Source: Lepidodermella squamata
Taxonomy: Eukaryota; Animalia; Gastrotricha
NCBI GenBank assembly: GCA_047495785.1
Contig: JBLDXI010000074.1
Span: 310,001-374,000 of the forward strand
DNA: 64,000 nucleotides
Direction of reading: 5' to 3'
The notes beneath the pieces are model-generated. The model was not told the origin of the DNA, did no database searches, and was given only the letters and a program-made list of their open reading frames with translations. Every line of letters starts with the position of its first letter. The stretch's first letter is position 1. Below are positions 57,169 to 64,000 of this stretch, in pieces. The position numbers were made by a program, and so were the translations under genes.

Positions 57169-58371
57169 ATGCTATCGAGCATCAAAGTGCTAGATCTGTC
57201 GCGAGTTCTCGCTGGGCCTTACTGCACTATGCTTCTCGCTGATCTGGGTGCCCAAGTTTACAAGATTGAGCGGCCAGACGGTGGTGATGAAACACGATCG
57301 TGGGGTCCCCCGTTTCACAATAACGAGAGCTGCTATTTCTTGTCAGTTAACCGCAACAAAAAGAGCATAGCCGTTAATTTTAAGAAGCCTGCAGGCGTGG
57401 AAATTTTGCGCAACCTTGCTCAAAAGTGCGATGTCTTCATTGAGAATTTTCTACCAGGACAAATGGAAAATATTGGCTTGGATTATAGCTCACTGAAGAC
57501 TCTGAACCCGAGGCTTGTTTATTGCTCTCTGACGGGCTATGGTCAAACAGGAAAACTAAGAGATCGCCCTGGCTATGATGTCGTAGTTGCATCCGTGGGT
57601 GGTTTACTTGGAATAACTGGCCCCCGAAATGGCGATCCCTGTCGTGTGGGTGTGGCAATGACCGATATAAGCACTGGTTTATATGCACATAGTGCTATTT
57701 TGGCTGCGTTACTCAATCGTTCGGCAACTGGCAAGGGCACCTACATTGATGCAAATCTATTAGCCACCCAGACTGCCGTCTTGTCCCACATAGCAGCTAA
57801 TTGGCTAAACTGCGGTGTGGATGGCAAGCGATGGGGTACAGCTCATCCTTCAATAGTACCATACCAAAGCTTTTCTACCTCGGACAAACGATTTGTTGTT
57901 GTTGGTGCTGGGAATGACGTCGCGTTTAAGAAGCTGTGCGACGTCCTTAACCTTGAAGAATTGCCTAATCAAGAGAAGTTTGCCTCTAATGCCAATCGAG
58001 TAAAAAACCGAGATGAATTGATAAAAATTTTGCAAGATAAGTTTTCGGAGCATTCTTCTGAATACTGGGACAGCTTCTTTGCGAAAGTCGATCTCCCATT
58101 TGGCAGAGTCAACTCTATATCAGAAGCTATGGCCATTGCCGAGGAAAATAATCCCAAGTCAATATTAGACGTTGAAGACAAGGTTGGCGAAAAACGGGTT
58201 CGTGTTACAGGCCCAGCCATCGAATTTGGCGATGCGTCTTTCATTAGAGATAACCACTCCTATCCACCTCGCTTAGGCGAACACACCTTCAGTGTGCTTG
58301 AAAATGAGTTATCTTTCTCGAAAGACGCTCTAGCAAAATTGCAAGAGGAGAAGGTTTTACTTCAATGTTGA
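57169..58371 (+). CDS. SUGCT: Succinate-hydroxymethylglutarate CoA-transferase (CoA-transferase family III), intronless
   Basis: IKVLDLSRVLAGPYCTMLLADLGA..GDETRSWGPPF..YFLSVNRNKKS..ENF..PGYD..VGVAMTD..WGTAHPSIVPYQ..PPRLGEHT. Confidence 0.92.
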   Translation: MLSSIKVLDLSRVLAGPYCTMLLADLGAQVYKIERPDGGDETRSWGPPFHNNESCYFLSVNRNKKSIAVNFKKPAGVEILRNLAQKCDVFIENFLPGQMENIGLDYSSLKTLNPRLVYCSLTGYGQTGKLRDRPGYDVVVASVGGLLGITGPRNGDPCRVGVAMTDISTGLYAHSAILAALLNRSATGKGTYIDANLLATQTAVLSHIAANWLNCGVDGKRWGTAHPSIVPYQSFSTSDKRFVVVGAGNDVAFKKLCDVLNLEELPNQEKFASNANRVKNRDELIKILQDKFSEHSSEYWDSFFAKVDLPFGRVNSISEAMAIAEENNPKSILDVEDKVGEKRVRVTGPAIEFGDASFIRDNHSYPPRLGEHTFSVLENELSFSKDALAKLQEEKVLLQC

Positions 58372-58519
58372 GATTCCCGAAATAATATATTTTGAATAAT
58401 TGTGTCACTGCTAAAGAATCACTGCTGTTTTTATGTATTGTTTTATTGCTTCTATGTTAGATTTTAAAATGTGGATTTGATTGGATCGACTTTGAAAATA
58501 TACCGATTACAGTGATCAG

Positions 58520-61487
58520 AAACGAAGACTGAAATAGCAAGTACCAGTGGCGGCAGTGATTTATTCGCTGTCGGCCAGCCGCCAGTTGGAGCTTTAGCCG
58601 CTGTCGAAACTTTGTGTCAAATATGTGGCGATAAGGCAACTGGACGGCATTATGGAGCTATCAGTTGTGACGGGTGTAAAGGCTTTTTTCGACGCAGCAT
58701 TCGCAAGCGTCAGAACTACCAATGTCGACACCAAAAGATGTGCAGTGTTGATAAAGACAAGCGTAACCAATGTCGATACTGCCGCTTGCAAAAATGCATT
58801 CGTATTGGAATGAAGCAAGAAGGTATGAGTTTGAACCCGTCATTTCCATTTCCCTGAACATAAAAAATTGCAGCTGTTCAATCTGAACGAGATCGGATTA
58901 GCTCAAGAAGCACTCAGCCGCAACAACAGGCACAGGCTCAATCCCAGCAACAAACCCCAGTTGCAGCTCCCAAACCCTCCGAGCAAGCTACAATGCTTTC
59001 TGTGATTATGAGTGCCGAGCTTGTCTTTCATCAAGTTTGTTGTTTAAATTGCCAATATGATTTTTTATATCAAAAATTTTTGCCAACAGCAAGGCCCTCC
59101 AGCGTCTCCTATTGGCATGAATCACGAGATGCTTGAAGCAGGCGTTGATGAACTGTTGAATTCGATGAAGGAACAGGTGCTACTGTTAGTCCAGTGGGCG
59201 AAACGCATTCCGCCTTTCATGCAACTAGCTGTCGATGATCAGATTTGCCTGTTGAAGGCACACGCTAGTGAGCACCTGCTGTTGGGCGTGACGCGGCGAT
59301 CGCGGAATCAGAATTTTCTACTGCTCGGCAATAATTACGTTGTGACGCGACAATCTCCTGAAAATTCGTTCGCTTTAATTGCCGGCCGTGTTCTCGACCA
59401 GTTGCTAATTGCCTTCAGAACGATTGGCGTTGATGATACAGAATACGCCTGTTTGAAAGCCATCGTCTTTTTTGATCCATGTAGGTTTCGTACTTCACAA
59501 TTTCAAAGCTTCGATGGCTTATGTAAGAATTACGCCCGTAGCCTTTTTTAGGGTTTAGGAATTTTAAACAAGTTTCGAGATTTTTCTTCAAATTTTACAC
59601 TTGAAATCATCGGAATTAAATATTTTTCTATTGCCGTCAGATGACACATTTCTTTCTTCAGAATTTAATTAGGCTTTTGAAATTCAAAATTTAACGTTTT
59701 TTATGCTATTTTTCAGATGCTGATGGTTTAACTGCCCGTGAAGCTGTATTCAACATGCGGCAAGAGATCATTTTAGCATTGTACAGCTACATCCGGAGCA
59801 ACGCAGTGCGCGATGCAAATGCATCAGGCAGCAACTCGCAGTCGCGGGCGTCGTCGCCGCGCCTCAACAGTTCAATGAGCAACTCATTCAACCGGCCCGA
59901 TTCAGCTGCTGGCAACATTGATTTGATGCAAGAATTTAATCTAGTCAAAAGGTAGAAAATAAATTCGAAAATTTCATTTTTTTATAATTTTTTCTGACTC
60001 AGATTTGGCGAGCTTTTATTGCTCGTTCCTAGTGTGCGGAGTATTGCTGAGGATATGGTCGATCATATCAAGTTTTACAAGCTATTTGGAGCTGCAAAGG
60101 TTGACAATGTCCTTCACGAGTTGCTCCTAGGAGGTAATTTCAATTTTCGATATTTTCAAACAACCTTCAAATCCTAAGTACTCGCAAATTGAGACGGCGG
60201 AAGTTTCGAGGTTGACGAAACATTGAATCACCGAATCATTGAACTTCTCTCAAATTTAGAGTACAAGCCGATGTTGAGTAAATTCGCTTTCCAGCTAGAT
60301 TATGGGAAAGCATCATTGGCCGCTATAAATAATTGCCTGCTATCCTTGGTTGGTATCTCGATCTATCTTTGTTCATTAGAGCGATAAGGTTCATAACGGC
60401 TGCTGATAATATAAACTCTGCGAATTATTTTTAGCATTTGCGTGATAAGAGAAGATATGCGTAAGAACTGCACTTTCTTCGAGAAAAAAATGCATCAATT
60501 TGAGAGAAATATTTGAGATGATTGAAAAACTACAATTCTTTACTATTCACCACGGGTCAACATTTTCAGTAAAACAGCAGTAAAATTAATTGAAATGTGC
60601 TCTTTGTGGTGAAAGAAACCGATGGCAAGTGAAAGCGTGTATTTCACCCAGCGCTAAACTCCATTTTGGGCGAATAATTTCCCAATTCACTTCAAAAGTC
60701 GCCAAGCTGGTCTAATTTTATGCTTTCTTAATCGGAAATTGAATCTATGAAATATTCCCAATAAGCTGTTTAACCAACTCGACTATTATCTTCTTAATTT
60801 CGCTTCACTTGATTAACACAACTGCAAGCAATTTTTGTGAAGTTATCTGAATTTGTTCGATTATTTTTTCCAGACACAGCTGCTGACGAGGGCTTGCAAC
60901 CTGTGGCGGCCAGTGTGGCCTCAGGTCATAACTCGCAACCCCCAAGCTACCCATCTTCGGGCGCTGCAACTCCGACCTTGATAAATGGTGCTTCAATTGG
61001 AAACGGCGGTTCGGACATGTACGCGCCAGCTATGCAGCCACTGCCCTTTACAGTCAACGCGTTGACCTCTCCATCGCCGGACCAAAGTTTCGACGCCGGG
61101 TCATCGTCAGTCAATGCTTCGTCTTCATCATTCAACAACTCGTTCTCGTCAATGGACCCGGCTATTATGCCTCGCATGAACATGATGACCCCGCAGCACC
61201 ACCTGAACGGCAGCCCGGGTATGAACCAGAGCCCGGGCCTATCCACCCTGGCGGCCGCCGCTTTCGTCGCCAGCCAGTCGCTATCTGGCACCACGGCGTT
61301 TCTGAGCCCGCCCGCCGACCAGTACGGCCAGGCGATAACGGACCGCATCGAGTCGCCGACGATTCTCTCATTCGCGTTTTCTAAGCCGGTGCCGTACCCG
61401 GGCAGGCGACAGCAACCGTCGCCGCTAAGAACCGCCAGCATCGGCCAGCCCCCTGTAATGACTATGAAACCTGAAGAAGCAGATTGA
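58520..61487 (+). CDS. HNF4: Nuclear receptor HNF4 (NR2A); first coding exon unresolved
   Basis: [134 protein letters not shown]. Long Ser/Pro-rich F domain. Confidence 0.93.
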
Positions 61488-62472
61488 CGCATCAAGTGGT
61501 TGTTGTTTATCGAATGCATTAGTGCACGAATGCTACCAGTTTTCATTCGTAAACGGATTGTGGTGATTATTTTGTGTTCTGCTCCTTTCGACGTGGAAAT
61601 TTTTTCGCTTCTTCCAAAAAATTTCGATACCCCTGGTATTTTCTCGCCTCCGCGTGCGCACGCAACTTTTTTGTCTTCGTACGCTACTTCACGATCGCGC
61701 TCGGGCCAAATTACGTAGATAATAAAATTGTAAAAAAAAAATATTTTTTTTCCGGCTGGACTTAAAACCCGTGCGATTCGACTCTTGACTGCTGTAATAT
61801 CAATATCGACATGCCCCGTTTCTTTAGTTGATAATCGTTGAATATTGTGCATGTGAGATTTTTAATGTGTACCTACTGATACCTACTGCTTACTCGAAGT
61901 TTTTTTGAAGCGGCTCTATTTTTTTGACAGAATTTTGAACGGTAAATAATTGGAGCGATGAATTTGCGTCCGGCGTTCACTTTTTCGGTGGTACACTTCT
62001 TACGACGGCTTGTTCATACGAGTATTTTCTATGCATACAATGTTTCTTACCAGGTGGTGTTTTGCCTCCAGCGATAATACTAATAATACTATTTAGCACA
62101 ACTCCGGTCGCTCTTCACAAACAATACACTTGAATTATACTTAAATGATGTACCTACCTACTATCATTGTGAATGAACTGTCACTGAACGCAATGTACAA
62201 TTTTTCGACGACTCGCTTGCGTCATTTTTTTGTGGCTACTGCATTTATGAAACAGAATTATTACGCGTTAATTATTGATCGTTGTCACACAGTGAGTGAA
62301 CGCGATACCTCAATGTTGAGAGAAACCAAAACTTCGAAATGGGAATTTCCAATTGTCGAATAAACGCTATTTTTAGCTAAAAGCAACGCATTTTTTAACC
62401 AAACAAAACAAGCTTTATTCAAAAACTTTGACCAATCAAAAATAAGGAGTGTTAAAGAGTTCACAACAAAGT

Positions 62473-63693
<1,221 letters not shown>

Positions 63694-64000
63694 TTTCAAA
63701 AAGGCGTCTAGACAAAATAAAACGATAATTTCAGACCACAGCAAACATCCGCGAGATGAATTTGTTTTCGAAGCATGAGATTTTGCTGAAAGCAAAGATG
63801 TCAAATGCCACAATATAGAACATTCGGAATGACAGAAAGCTCTCAATTTGGGACGTAATAGATTAAGTATATCTCTAATCTTTATCAATCTCAATTCCAA
63901 AGAATTTGGTGTATTTCCCTTCGCCTCTTCCGTAAGCCTCAGATAAGTTATAATTCAGTCGTAGATATGACGCAGATCAAAACGGGATGATCCCCTTCGA

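Noticed and set aside
60947-61852. 301-aa minus-strand ORF
   Set aside because: It is the antisense shadow of the GC-rich final HNF4 exon.

Overview
This is genomic DNA from a gene-dense, non-vertebrate animal, with mostly 50-60 nt GT-AG introns, a macin peptide, HNF4 and a Cys-loop channel. From left to right: (1) 0.3-24 kb holds a cullin-adaptor cluster. It starts with a predicted ~1121-aa chimeric protein (FBXL4-like N-domain, F-box, LRRs, acidic linker, ankyrin-like repeats, SOCS box), followed by stand-alone paralogs of each half. Their large introns are filled with MULE, hAT, LINE and Crypton remnants, and one hides an antisense 12-Cys macin antimicrobial peptide gene. (2) An NAD(P)-dependent epimerase/SDR, an intronless GNS-like sulfatase and a divergent Cys-loop channel follow. 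(3) 31.4-40.3 kb holds a tandem array of 13 paralogous 38-86 aa single-pass membrane microproteins. Most are too short for the supplied ORF track, three are spliced, and I could not assign them to a known family. (4) Next come NEK11 with an atypical catalytic loop, an apparently intact PHD-EN-RT CR1/L2-group LINE, a degenerate GT6 glycosyltransferase, a Tc1/mariner-type HTH gene and a nested MULE/LINE/hAT element with recognisable target-site duplications. (5) The window ends with SUGCT, HNF4 and OSGEP. The most notable items are the microprotein array and the F-box/SOCS-box fusion. All family assignments come from motif recognition by eye; no searches were run.
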